From Nitrospinales bacterium (GTDB taxonomy: Bacteria > Nitrospinota > Nitrospinia > Nitrospinales > VA-1): a DNA stretch of 64,000 nucleotides. Location of the stretch: positions 96,001 through 160,000 of the forward strand of contig OZ253496.1 in NCBI GenBank assembly GCA_965262115.1, given 5' to 3'. Each line of letters starts with the position of its first letter. Position 1 is the first letter of the stretch. A model generated the notes under the pieces. The model did not search any database and was not told where the DNA came from. It saw nothing but the letters and a program-made list of their open reading frames with translations. The translations under genes and the position numbers were made by a program. Of this stretch, positions 52,217 through 62,027 are shown in pieces.

Positions 52217-53551
52217 ATGGAAGAATTTGATGTGTTGGTGTTAGGTGGAGGCTTGGCCGGGGTTTCGACCGCTCTCAGAGCGGCAGAACTGGGTGGAAGA
52301 GTTTGCCTTATCGAAAGGAACCATATAGGCAAGGCGGGCTTTCAAAGAAGAAACACGCTTTTTATTGAAAGCCGTTGCTCCATTGCACCTTCAGTAAGTT
52401 GGGAAGAATATAGAAATATTTTACACTCCGAGACTGAGCAATATTCCCAGTCTATGAGAGAAAAACTAAACGTCGCAGGCGTGTCTGTCATAGAAGGGGA
52501 GGGAAGGCTCGCGAGTCCGACAGAGATTAACATTGAAAAAAGTGATGGTGAACATTTGCTCTTAACGGGCAGGTCAGTGATTCTAGCTTATGGTTCTGAT
52601 CCCCGATTCTCGACCACTTTACCCCATGAGGATGGCATTGTAATATCCATTGATGAGATTCCCCAACTTGCTGCACTTCCTGAAAAAGTTCTTGTCGTCG
52701 GGGGTGGTCCCTTTGCCAGTGAGACGGCACTCGGGCTTCATAAAAGAGGATGCAAAGTTTTTCTTTGTTATGAACAAAAAGAATTGTTTCCACAATTGGA
52801 TGAAGACTTTAATGCTGCGATAGAACCCCGGTTTAAAGAGAAAAAAATTAAAATCCTTCCGGGAAAGAAGTTGATTTCGATATACAAAAATAGCGATGAA
52901 CTTGAAATTACTTTGGAGACGGGCATCAAGTTCTCTGTCCACCAAATAATTATTACCGGAGACAGGGTGGGGGTGAAAGAAAATGACATTGCTGAAAAAC
53001 TGGGGATTCGTTTGGGTGAACATCAAAAAGTCTTTGTAGACGATTCCATGATGACCAGCCTGCCCGGAGTGTATGCGGTGGGAAGTATAAGCGGCGAGTT
53101 GACCAGCGACACGCTTTCCCAGGAAGAAGGTAAAATTGCCGCAGAAAATGCCATGGGGAAAAAAAGGATACTGAACCGGGAGTGGGTTTCACAGGTTGCT
53201 CGCCTGATTCCTGATGTGGCTTATGTGGGGTGTTCCATGAAAACGGCCCCTCATCAAGGATTTCATCCTGTCGAGGGCGTATTCGAGGAGGATTTCACAG
53301 GCGCTGAAAATATGTCCTTTCCCCAAACCGGGGGAAGATATAAAATAGTAGCAGATAAAAGATCACGTCTGATTGTCGGGGCACAGATCATTTCACATCA
53401 GGCCGCTGATTGGATTCCGATACTTTTATTGTTGATTAAAAAGGGGGTCACGGTGGGTAATCTGGCCAATTCCATCACTTCTGAGGGGACGAAAATTAGT
53501 GGCTTGTGCGAGGCGGCGCGGAATTGTGCAAGGGCCTTGAAGTCCCCATAA
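52217..53551 (+). CDS. Dihydrolipoamide-dehydrogenase-like flavoprotein lacking the redox disulfide
   Basis: FDVLVLGGGLAG FAD motif, TSLPGVYAVG and a dimerisation domain; no CxxxxC and no HPxxxE. Confidence 0.8.
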   Translation: MEEFDVLVLGGGLAGVSTALRAAELGGRVCLIERNHIGKAGFQRRNTLFIESRCSIAPSVSWEEYRNILHSETEQYSQSMREKLNVAGVSVIEGEGRLASPTEINIEKSDGEHLLLTGRSVILAYGSDPRFSTTLPHEDGIVISIDEIPQLAALPEKVLVVGGGPFASETALGLHKRGCKVFLCYEQKELFPQLDEDFNAAIEPRFKEKKIKILPGKKLISIYKNSDELEITLETGIKFSVHQIIITGDRVGVKENDIAEKLGIRLGEHQKVFVDDSMMTSLPGVYAVGSISGELTSDTLSQEEGKIAAENAMGKKRILNREWVSQVARLIPDVAYVGCSMKTAPHQGFHPVEGVFEEDFTGAENMSFPQTGGRYKIVADKRSRLIVGAQIISHQAADWIPILLLLIKKGVTVGNLANSITSEGTKISGLCEAARNCARALKSP

Positions 53552-53697
53552 AAAAGGTGGTTTCAGGCCAATTACTTCTTGCCTTGACTCGATATTTTAA
53601 TTATGTTAAAAACCAACACTTTGACAGTCATTCCGGGTTGTCAACCGGGTCTTAAAAAGTCACTGAGTCCACATAAAAATAGGTATTATTGAGCTTT

Positions 53698-54249
53698 ATG
53701 GCTGAAGAGAAATCAAAAGAAAAATCGGCATCCAAGGAGGCAAATGGGAAGGATGAGGCGCTGGAAACAATTTGGTCGCGCCGGGAATTTTTCTCGCTGG
53801 CGGGTTGGGCCGGGTTTTTAGCTTCCCTGGGGCTATCAGCCTTATATTTTGCTCGATTACTATTTCCTCGCGTTCTCTTTGAACCTTCCCCGATATTCAA
53901 GGCAGGGATACCCAGCGACTATACGGTTGGTGAAGTCAGTACTAAGTGGGTTACGGATCAGCGTGTTTGGATTGTTCGTGATGAGGAAGGTATTTATGTC
54001 ATTTTTGCGTTATGCACGCATTTAGGATGCACTCCACGTTGGTTGAGATCAGAGAGTAAATACAAATGCCCCTGTCATGGTAGTGGTTTTACCAAGCAAG
54101 GGATAAACTTTGAAGGCCCGGCACCAAGGCCTCTGGAACGGTTAAAAATTGCTCTGGCTCCGGATGGGCAGATCGTCATTGATAAAAGTAAGAAATTTCT
54201 TTTTGAAAAGGATCAGTGGGACAAACCGGGCGCTAAACTTTTTGTCTAA
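53698..54249 (+). CDS. Cytochrome bc complex Rieske subunit (Tat signal)
   Basis: SRREFF, CTHLGC, CPCHGS, GPAPRPL. Confidence 0.95.
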   Translation: MAEEKSKEKSASKEANGKDEALETIWSRREFFSLAGWAGFLASLGLSALYFARLLFPRVLFEPSPIFKAGIPSDYTVGEVSTKWVTDQRVWIVRDEEGIYVIFALCTHLGCTPRWLRSESKYKCPCHGSGFTKQGINFEGPAPRPLERLKIALAPDGQIVIDKSKKFLFEKDQWDKPGAKLFV

Positions 54250-54336
54250 CTGCTCGGAGACTTTTTTTTAATATTTTCAACCGAAAAAGAATTGGTTACA
54301 AGACAGTGAAATTCCATTTTGATGGAGGTCTAAGTT

Positions 54337-55167
54337 TTGGCAAGTAATTCACCTAAGATTCCGAATATCGCAGAATTGATGGATAAAATTAAAAGTGGCA
54401 AGATCTTCAGTGAAATTGCCAAGGAAATTACAGAATCGCAGATATGGACATCGAGCTTCCGACATGGTTACGCCGATACACCTCGGAACCGTGTTCTGCA
54501 AATTGCAAGTAATGTCTGGTTGCATCTTCATCCAGTAAAGATTCAGCGTCACGCCCTGCGAATAAAATTCACCTGGTGCATGGGAGGAATCACTTTTCTC
54601 CTGTTTCTTTCCACCGTAGTGACCGGGGTGATCCTGATGTTCTATTATCGGCCTGTTGGTGAATATGCCTATTACGATATGAAGTACCTGCAATACGATG
54701 TTCCCTTCGGTATGCTCATGAGAAATATGCACCGTTGGGCGGCGCACGCAATGGTTATCACCGTGTGGTTGCATATGTTTCGGGTCTTTTTAACGGGCTC
54801 GTATAAACCGCCGAGAGAGTTTAACTGGGTCATTGGGGTGTTCCTGGTTACGTTCACCCTGCTCCTGAGTTTTACCGGTTACCTCCTGCCTTGGGATCAA
54901 CTGGCGATGTGGGCGGTCACCGTAGGCACCAATATGGCGCGTGCTACCCCGTTTCTGGGCAATGAAGGTCCCTTTGCGGAATTCGTCGGCGCGACTCCCA
55001 GATATGATGTCCGTGCCTTGTTGATTGGAGGGAGTGTAGTAGGGCCTCCCGCTCTATTAAGGTTTTACGTATTGCATTGTATTTTCATTCCTTTGGTTGC
55101 CGGAGCCCTGATGATTGTGCATTTCTGGCGAATCCGCAAGGATGGTGGAATTTCCGGCCCTCTTTAG
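54337..55167 (+). CDS. Cytochrome b N-terminal (b6-like) subunit
   Basis: [37 protein letters not shown]. Confidence 0.95.
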   Translation: MASNSPKIPNIAELMDKIKSGKIFSEIAKEITESQIWTSSFRHGYADTPRNRVLQIASNVWLHLHPVKIQRHALRIKFTWCMGGITFLLFLSTVVTGVILMFYYRPVGEYAYYDMKYLQYDVPFGMLMRNMHRWAAHAMVITVWLHMFRVFLTGSYKPPREFNWVIGVFLVTFTLLLSFTGYLLPWDQLAMWAVTVGTNMARATPFLGNEGPFAEFVGATPRYDVRALLIGGSVVGPPALLRFYVLHCIFIPLVAGALMIVHFWRIRKDGGISGPL

Positions 55168-55200
55168 AGGGCAGATTTTTTATTAAGAGGCAGGGAAAAT

Positions 55201-55962
55201 ATGGCTCAAGCGGCGGTACCAAAGAAAAAGGCAGAAGGGCTGGGTGGGGAGAAGCTCCATGTTTGGCCCTACTTGGTCCGGTTGGAGTTTCTTTGCGCTA
55301 TTCTCACCATTGTGGCTCTTACGGTATGGTCCATCGTTATTGATGCGCCGTTGGAAGAAGCGGCGAATCCGACCAAAACCCCTAATCCTTCCAAAGCGCC
55401 CTGGTATTTCCTGGGGCTTCAAGACGTCCTGGTTTATTTCGACCCCTGGTTTGCCGGTGTTGTGGCTCCCGTCCTCATCATCGTTGGACTGATGCTGATT
55501 CCGTATCTGGATGTGAATCCCAAAGGGAACGGATATTACACCTACCATGAGAGGAAAGCTGCAATATGGGTTTACTGCTTTGGCTTTCTGGTGCTCTGGA
55601 TCGCTTTGATCATTATGGGGGTGTTCCTAAGGGGGCCGGGTTGGAACCTTTTTATGCCTTGGCAGTATTGGGATCCGCATAAGGTTGTGGCTCTGGTCAA
55701 TGTTGATCTTCCCTATGCGTTCGGGGTGCGAACCTACAATGGGGCCATGCTGTTTGGTGGAGCGGTGATACTCGGATATTTTGCCGTGGGTACTGGGATC
55801 TATTTTTTCATGGAACGTAAGGCGCTCAAGAGTGTTGGTTTCTTGAGAATGTTTCTGAAAATTGAACTTTTCCTGATCATGATGGGCATTGTCATCAAAA
55901 TTGTTCTCAGGCTGGGTTTTAATATCAAGTATGTATGGGTGACACCCTGGTTTAATATTTAA
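55201..55962 (+). CDS. Cytochrome b C-terminal (subunit IV-like) protein
   Basis: VWPY, ANPTKTPNPSKAPWYF, PYLD. Confidence 0.9.
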   Translation: MAQAAVPKKKAEGLGGEKLHVWPYLVRLEFLCAILTIVALTVWSIVIDAPLEEAANPTKTPNPSKAPWYFLGLQDVLVYFDPWFAGVVAPVLIIVGLMLIPYLDVNPKGNGYYTYHERKAAIWVYCFGFLVLWIALIIMGVFLRGPGWNLFMPWQYWDPHKVVALVNVDLPYAFGVRTYNGAMLFGGAVILGYFAVGTGIYFFMERKALKSVGFLRMFLKIELFLIMMGIVIKIVLRLGFNIKYVWVTPWFNI

Positions 55963-55985
55963 CGGCTTCAGGATCGGGAAATACA

Positions 55986-58622
55986 TTGGCTGAAGAAGAA
56001 CAAAAAAAGGAATATAAAGAAGGGGAATTTGACGAGCATACCTCGTACAGCTTCCTCTTTTTTCTGGTCTCAACAGTAACGCTTTTTGTCACGCTTTGGG
56101 CGTTCTGGGATGATGAATATGCCCGCCGGGGCTACAAGATTTATCAGGACCAGTTTCACAAGGAACAATATGCCGTAGCAGAAGCAAACTGGAAAAAGCT
56201 CAACGCGGAAATTGAGGAGACTGAGAAGCAAATTATACAAAGCCTGGCTCAAAGAGAAGGCGAACTGGATTCTTCGGATTCCTATCAGGAACTGGTTGAG
56301 GAAGTTCGGCTCAAACAAGTGGCGGTGGATGAGCAGAAAGAACTGCAAAAGTTTGCCGGTAGCATGGTTGATGAAGCTTATTACTGGTATAAAAAAGCCC
56401 TGCATGAGGGGGAAAACTTTGATGTGCAATTAGCCTCTCTTCATTCCCAGCAAGGCGAGGTGGAATCTTTTAACCCGATTATCGCGGAAAAACAGGCGAT
56501 ATTGCAGGAGGCGGAAAACAGGCTGTTAGAAGTCAAGGCTGATCAGCTCAGGCTGGATAAAGATCTGGCTCAGCTAACCATGGAACGAAGTAAGTTTGAA
56601 TTGACCATGGACTATTACAAGCCGTTCCCTTTTTTCTGGAAGCCTGCGGAAATCCTTCAAACCGTAATTCCGGGCTTTGGCAAAAATGCCTTTAAAGAAA
56701 TTATTTACCGGGTAGACCGGTGTATGACCTGCCATATTGCGTATCAGGACGAACATTACAAAGATTTTAAGCAACCTTTAAAGTCCCATCCCAATCTTGA
56801 TATTCTGATTAAAAAACATCCCCCTGAAGTGACAGGTTGTACCTGGTGTCATCTGGGGCAGGGAACGGTCACGGCTCCAGCTGAGCATGCTCATGGTTCG
56901 CATCATGAAACGGATCAAACGGTTGAAGTCAATGAGCCCATTCTACAAGGTGACTATCAGCAGGCAACCTGTAGGAATTGTCATGCTGAAGTGGTCAACT
57001 TGGCAGGGGCTCCGCTCTTGTCGAAGGGGAAAAGGCTCTTTATCAAACTGGGATGTCATGGTTGCCATTTAGCAGATGGTTATGCCAAAGAGGCTAAGGT
57101 AGGCCCCAGGCTATATAGAGTTGCGAACAAGGTTGATCCGAGCTGGTTATACCGCTGGGTAAAAAAACCCAGGGACTATCTGCCTAAAACCCGAATGCCG
57201 GAATTCCAGTTTAATGAAAAAGACGCAATGGCGGTTACGGCTTACCTTCTTGCGTCTTCGGATAAAGATTATAGTTTGCGTGTGAAGTTTGAATCGGGCG
57301 ATGCAGAAAAAGGCAAGAAATTATTTGAATCTGTAGGCTGCCAGGGTTGCCATGAACTCGATGGTAAGGGAGAAACCCATGGACCGGATCTAAGTCGTAT
57401 TGGTAACAAGGTCAATGCTGATTGGCTGGTGACTTGGATCAGTAGTCCCCACAGTTATAACCCCACAAGTAAAATGCCTGACCTTCGGTTGGGGGATGAG
57501 AAGGCCTCCGACATAGCTTCTTACTTAATCCAGTTCGGCAAAAAAGAAGTGATTCCCGGACTTGAAGCAAAACTTAAAAATCCCGAGTTGATCAAACACG
57601 GGAAGACAATAGTTCGCCGTAGGGGTTGTTTTGCCTGCCATGATATCAAGGGAATGGAAAGCGAGGGCCGAATCGCGCCTGAGCTATCCTCCTTTGGCAG
57701 AAAAATGATTGTGGAACTGGAGTTTGGTGACACGCATATTTCTCATACCTGGGATTCCTGGGTTAGAACCAAATTGAAAAAACCGGATTCTTTCAAAACC
57801 GAACGGGTTTTGGATAAGATGCCCAATTTTCACCTTGCACCGGATGAAATTGATGCCTTGGTTGTACTCCTGAAGGGTTTTAATGGAACTCAAGTGCCTG
57901 TGCAATACCGCAGGATACTTTCTGATAAAGAGGAAATAATTGAAACAGGTCGCCGTATAATCACCAAATACAATTGTAAGGCTTGCCACAATGTTGAAGG
58001 CGAAGGTGGACGGATTCAGAAATATCTCAAAGCGAAAGCGCAGTATCCTCCTCCATTAGATATGGGAGATTATCATGTAGGGGAACGCCTTAAAAGTTCC
58101 TGGTTGTATTCATTCTTGAGAGATCCGACACCCGTTAGAACCTGGCTTAAAGTAAAGATGCCCACTTTCTCTTTTTCCGATAAAGAAGTGAGGGATCTGA
58201 CGGCCTATTTTGAAGCGTTGTCTCCCGCTAGTGGTTATGAGGCCGGTGTTCATAAAAATAAAGATGATGCCGTGGCGCAAAAAGGCGCTGAAATGGTCAA
58301 CTACATGGATTGTGGCCGTTGCCATGATGAGGGGGAAAAAGGCATTGAGTTTTCACTGGCCAGCCAAAGGCTTCGCTCTAACTGGATTCCAAAATGGCTC
58401 AAAAATACCCGGGAAATGATCCCTTGGACTAAGATGCCTTCGCATTGGGTTAAGAAAGGGGATAAATACACGGTTCCAACCAAGTACAGCGAGATTGAAA
58501 CGGTCGGTGATGTGGATACCCAGGTAAATACAGTGGCAGACTTGATTGTTGCCTATAATACCGCCGAACTGGACTTTGACTTGAGTCTGGGTGAAGGCGA
58601 TGGAGAAGAGGACGAAGAATAA
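55986..58622 (+). CDS. Membrane-anchored octaheme cytochrome c of the bc complex
   Basis: N-terminal TM, coiled coil, eight CxxCH motifs (CMTCH, CTWCH, CRNCH, CHGCH, CQGCH, CFACH, CKACH, CGRCH). Confidence 0.93.
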   Translation: MAEEEQKKEYKEGEFDEHTSYSFLFFLVSTVTLFVTLWAFWDDEYARRGYKIYQDQFHKEQYAVAEANWKKLNAEIEETEKQIIQSLAQREGELDSSDSYQELVEEVRLKQVAVDEQKELQKFAGSMVDEAYYWYKKALHEGENFDVQLASLHSQQGEVESFNPIIAEKQAILQEAENRLLEVKADQLRLDKDLAQLTMERSKFELTMDYYKPFPFFWKPAEILQTVIPGFGKNAFKEIIYRVDRCMTCHIAYQDEHYKDFKQPLKSHPNLDILIKKHPPEVTGCTWCHLGQGTVTAPAEHAHGSHHETDQTVEVNEPILQGDYQQATCRNCHAEVVNLAGAPLLSKGKRLFIKLGCHGCHLADGYAKEAKVGPRLYRVANKVDPSWLYRWVKKPRDYLPKTRMPEFQFNEKDAMAVTAYLLASSDKDYSLRVKFESGDAEKGKKLFESVGCQGCHELDGKGETHGPDLSRIGNKVNADWLVTWISSPHSYNPTSKMPDLRLGDEKASDIASYLIQFGKKEVIPGLEAKLKNPELIKHGKTIVRRRGCFACHDIKGMESEGRIAPELSSFGRKMIVELEFGDTHISHTWDSWVRTKLKKPDSFKTERVLDKMPNFHLAPDEIDALVVLLKGFNGTQVPVQYRRILSDKEEIIETGRRIITKYNCKACHNVEGEGGRIQKYLKAKAQYPPPLDMGDYHVGERLKSSWLYSFLRDPTPVRTWLKVKMPTFSFSDKEVRDLTAYFEALSPASGYEAGVHKNKDDAVAQKGAEMVNYMDCGRCHDEGEKGIEFSLASQRLRSNWIPKWLKNTREMIPWTKMPSHWVKKGDKYTVPTKYSEIETVGDVDTQVNTVADLIVAYNTAELDFDLSLGEGDGEEDEE

Positions 58623-58684
58623 ACTTGCTCCACCTGCCAAAGATATCATATTATTAATCATTAACAATCAATTGAGCGTATAAA

Positions 58685-58867
58685 ATGGAAAACTCAGGAC
58701 TCGAAAACTTTCTTTTAATCGCGACCAAACCGGATAATATTCCCATCGGAACTATGTTGCTGTTTGTGGGTTGGGTATTCTGGGTTGCTATTAGTCAGAT
58801 GATCAAAAATGACCGTTGGATAAAAGAAGGTAAAAAAGAAAAAATTTGGGATGAAATGATAAAATAA
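58685..58867 (+). CDS. Small membrane protein (KPDNIPI motif), possibly a bc complex accessory subunit
   Basis: 60 aa, one TM, directly after the cytochrome c gene. Confidence 0.65.
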   Translation: MENSGLENFLLIATKPDNIPIGTMLLFVGWVFWVAISQMIKNDRWIKEGKKEKIWDEMIK

Positions 58868-59368
58868 GTGGCCATTTTCGGGATTATATTCTTAGCGTTT
58901 TTTATTGGTATCATCCTGATTTTTTTATTGAAGAAAACCTCGCCTCCCGCTCCACAAGAACAAATCCATTTCGACAGTCCTTCGGACGTCCCTGCCTACC
59001 TCACCGATAGAGACGCTTTCAAATCAAAGTGCGTTGAATTCATGGAAAAATTCAATCTTGAATATGTGCATTCTGTTTGGGCAGATGATCATGAGTTGGA
59101 AATTGCCATGAACGATGAAACGCCTGTTGTCGGTGGCAGTTATATCGCCCTTTGTATTATTGACCCCCCTGGCAAAACGGTCAATGCAATGAAGGTTAAA
59201 GGTTTTCTGGATACGGTGAAGGGGGAGGGCGCGTCACGGGGAATTTTGATCACCACAGGATACTTTTCCAATGAAGCGATTAATTTGATTGAGGAGGAGC
59301 CTGTTGAGCTGGTAAATGTGGTTTCATTTTTATCCTACCTGAAGAAATTTGATATTTACGAAAATTGA
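58868..59368 (+). CDS. Membrane-anchored protein with an Mrr-like restriction endonuclease fold
   Basis: N-terminal TM; GASRGILITTGYFSNEA..VELVN resembles the Mrr_cat C-terminus. Confidence 0.7.
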   Translation: MAIFGIIFLAFFIGIILIFLLKKTSPPAPQEQIHFDSPSDVPAYLTDRDAFKSKCVEFMEKFNLEYVHSVWADDHELEIAMNDETPVVGGSYIALCIIDPPGKTVNAMKVKGFLDTVKGEGASRGILITTGYFSNEAINLIEEEPVELVNVVSFLSYLKKFDIYEN

Positions 59369-59452
59369 CCCGACCCATCCTGACCGGCGTACCGTCTGGG
59401 GCAAATTGCAATTGCCTGCCTCGCTAGAGGCGCCTTGTGCTATTATCGGGCC

Positions 59453-60322
59453 ATGAAAATAAATGAAAAACTAAACTCATCATCCCCCGTTTTTTCTTTT
59501 GAATTTTTCCCTCCTAAAGATTCCGAGGGTTTTGCAACATTATATGAAACGATTGGCCAGTTAAAACCTGCTGCTCCGGGTTTTGTATCCGTGACATATG
59601 GGGCGGGAGGGAGTACACGTTCTAAAACCGTTGATCTGGTTGGAAAAATAAAAAATGACATTGGTATTGAGAGCATGGCCCACCTGACCTGTGTTGGGCA
59701 TGACCAGCAGGAAATCCGTTCGGTGCTTGAAAGTTTGCAGGCTCAAAATATTGAGAATGTCCTTGCGCTAAGGGGCGACCCCCATCAGGGAGAGGAGACA
59801 TTTGTAAAAACAGACAGCGGTTTTGAATTTGGCAATGAGCTTGTGGCCTTTATAAAAAAAAAATTTTCATTTTGTATTGGTGCGGCCTGCTACCCTGAAG
59901 GGCATGTGGAATGTAAGGACCTTGATAAGGATATTGAAAATTTAAAGCGAAAAGTTGACAGTGGGGTGGATTTCCTTGTCACCCAGTTGTTTTTTGATAA
60001 CCGCTACTACTTTGAATTTTTGGATAGAGCGCAAAAGGAAAATATCAATGTTCCTGTGATTCCTGGAATCATGCCCATTTTAAACCTCAAGCAGATACAG
60101 CGATTTACCAAAATGTGCGGGGCGAGTCTTTCCCCGTCTTTAATGGCTAAATTTGAAGGGGTTCAGGATGATAAAGAAAAGGTTCGGCAGATAGGTATTG
60201 AGCATGCCATTGAACAGTGCAGGGAATTGTTGGAGAACAAGGCCCCCGGTATTCACTTTTATACTTTAAATCGATCTAAGGCAACACTGACCATATTGGG
60301 GGCACTTAGAGAATTCGCGTGA
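59453..60322 (+). CDS. metF: 5,10-methylenetetrahydrofolate reductase
   Basis: SFEFFPPK, SVTYGAGGS, AHLTCV, LALRGD, TQLFFD, HFYTLN. Confidence 0.97.
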   Translation: MKINEKLNSSSPVFSFEFFPPKDSEGFATLYETIGQLKPAAPGFVSVTYGAGGSTRSKTVDLVGKIKNDIGIESMAHLTCVGHDQQEIRSVLESLQAQNIENVLALRGDPHQGEETFVKTDSGFEFGNELVAFIKKKFSFCIGAACYPEGHVECKDLDKDIENLKRKVDSGVDFLVTQLFFDNRYYFEFLDRAQKENINVPVIPGIMPILNLKQIQRFTKMCGASLSPSLMAKFEGVQDDKEKVRQIGIEHAIEQCRELLENKAPGIHFYTLNRSKATLTILGALREFA

Positions 60323-61101
60323 GTTTCCCGAAGCTTACTTATATTGCTGGATTATTGAAGCGCTTGTGCGTGGGTGTCCTTTTTATTGTCTGCACTCAGC
60401 CTGCCTTTGGACAAGAACCCGTTATTACGGAAAATATGGTTCTGATTCCAGGGGGCACGTTCAAAAGGGGTTGTGACCGTTTTGGACCGCAACATGGGGC
60501 CCCGGAGCAGAAGGTTCACCTGGATGCGTTTTGGATCGATAAGTTTGAGATCACCAACAAAAATTTTGAAAAATTATTTCAGGAACATTATCTGCGCCGC
60601 AGTATTTTTTCCGATTGTGACAACTGCCCGGTTTCAAAAGTCAGTTGGTATGAAGCAGCGGACTACTGCCACTTGATTGGCAAGGCGCTCCCCAGTGAAG
60701 CTCAATGGGAAAGAGCGGCGGGCAATGGGGATGGCTGCCAATTCTCCTGGGGTGAAGGATTAGATCTAATGAATCCTCCTGCCAGAGGAGGGCTGAAGTT
60801 GAACGATAAAGCTTTCCCGGTCGGGTCTTTTCCTGCCAACTCGAACGGACTTCATGACATGGCCGGGAATGTCTGGGAATGGGTTGCGGACTGGTTTTCG
60901 GTCAAGTTTTATTATACCGATATCCTTCATAATCCCAGAGGGCCAACACGAGGAGTTATGAAGGTTAGAAGAGGCGGTTCGTGGTCAGACTCGGTGGTGG
61001 CGATGGCATCGGGCTATCGGGATTGGAGCTATCCCGTGTCGCGTGGCTTCAATGATATCGGTTTTCGCTGTGCCCTCAACTTAAAGCACGAGAGAAATTG
61101 A
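60319..61101 (+). CDS. FGE-sulfatase (SUMF1) domain protein, exported
   Basis: LPSEAQWERAA, GLHDMAGNVWEW, RGGSW, GFRC. Confidence 0.9.
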   Translation: MSFPKLTYIAGLLKRLCVGVLFIVCTQPAFGQEPVITENMVLIPGGTFKRGCDRFGPQHGAPEQKVHLDAFWIDKFEITNKNFEKLFQEHYLRRSIFSDCDNCPVSKVSWYEAADYCHLIGKALPSEAQWERAAGNGDGCQFSWGEGLDLMNPPARGGLKLNDKAFPVGSFPANSNGLHDMAGNVWEWVADWFSVKFYYTDILHNPRGPTRGVMKVRRGGSWSDSVVAMASGYRDWSYPVSRGFNDIGFRCALNLKHERN

Positions 61102-61832
61102 ATATGATCACCAAGGTCAAGCTGGATTATATTAATCGACTTATCGATGAGTGCCTCGACGGCGAGGCATTGGAATTGAATGGCAAATTTATGGGGGATG
61201 AGGGGGTTGAAGCTCTGGTCCAAACAAACCGTATCTTTGAAGTGGAGAACCTGGACCTTTCCAGGAATAAACTGACTTGGCGCGGCGCCCACCATTTATT
61301 TCACTGTCACCTGTTTAAAAAATTAAAGCGGCTGTATCTTGGGGAAAACAATATTTCAGATAAAGGGGTTAAGGAGTTGCCATCGGCTGATTTTGCGGGA
61401 AACCTCTCGCTCCTCGATTTGCGTTACAACAATATTGGACCTGAGGGCGGGTTGGCCGTTGTGCAATCAGAAAAGTTTAGAAAACTGCAGGTCTTGATTT
61501 TTCAGGAAAATCCTGTCGGCGATGAAACCTTGATAACGCTGGCGAAAGCTCCTACTTTTGCAAATTTGAGAAAATTAAATTTTTATCGAACGGAAATTAC
61601 CCCGAAAGGTATTAAGACTCTAGCTAAATCGAAAGTGTTTCAAAGGGTTAAACATTTCAATCTGGCGCGAAATTATCTGTATTTGGAATCGGCCAAACTT
61701 CTGGCCAACACTAAAACCTTGACCAATATTGAAAGCCTGCTGTTGTTCGACACTGGAATAAGGGATGATGGGGCTAAATTGATCACGGAATCTGAAGCCT
61801 TTGCCAAGTTGAAAAATTTGCGGATTACGTGA
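61098..61832 (+). CDS. Leucine-rich repeat (RI-like) protein
   Basis: Repeated LxxLxLxxNxIxDxG units. Confidence 0.88.
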   Translation: MNMITKVKLDYINRLIDECLDGEALELNGKFMGDEGVEALVQTNRIFEVENLDLSRNKLTWRGAHHLFHCHLFKKLKRLYLGENNISDKGVKELPSADFAGNLSLLDLRYNNIGPEGGLAVVQSEKFRKLQVLIFQENPVGDETLITLAKAPTFANLRKLNFYRTEITPKGIKTLAKSKVFQRVKHFNLARNYLYLESAKLLANTKTLTNIESLLLFDTGIRDDGAKLITESEAFAKLKNLRIT

Positions 61833-61842
61833 CCGATGCACA

Positions 61843-62018
61843 GCCCCGCAGGGGTAAATCTCGGGGTTATGCAAAGGTCTCTCTTTGAGAAAAAGGCGAA
61901 AGCAGGAATTTCCCCTCCCTTCATAGGGAGGGGTTAGGGGAGGGTTGGATTATGAATTCCGTAAAAATAATCCACACCCCTCCGCGGCTACGCCTTGCCT
62001 CCCCTCATGAGAGGGGAG
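61843..62018. repeat. Intergenic mosaic: element hairpin, solo IS5-type TIR (61868-61881) and CCCCTCCC/GGGAGGGG palindromes
   Basis: gccccgcaggggtaaa; tatgcaaaggtctc; cccctcccttcatagggagggg; ctcccctcatgagaggggag. Confidence 0.7.
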
Positions 62019-62027
62019 GATCAATCT

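Noticed and set aside
5711..61924. Many short alternate-frame and antisense ORFs in the track
   Set aside because: They overlap well-supported genes and show no recognisable motifs.
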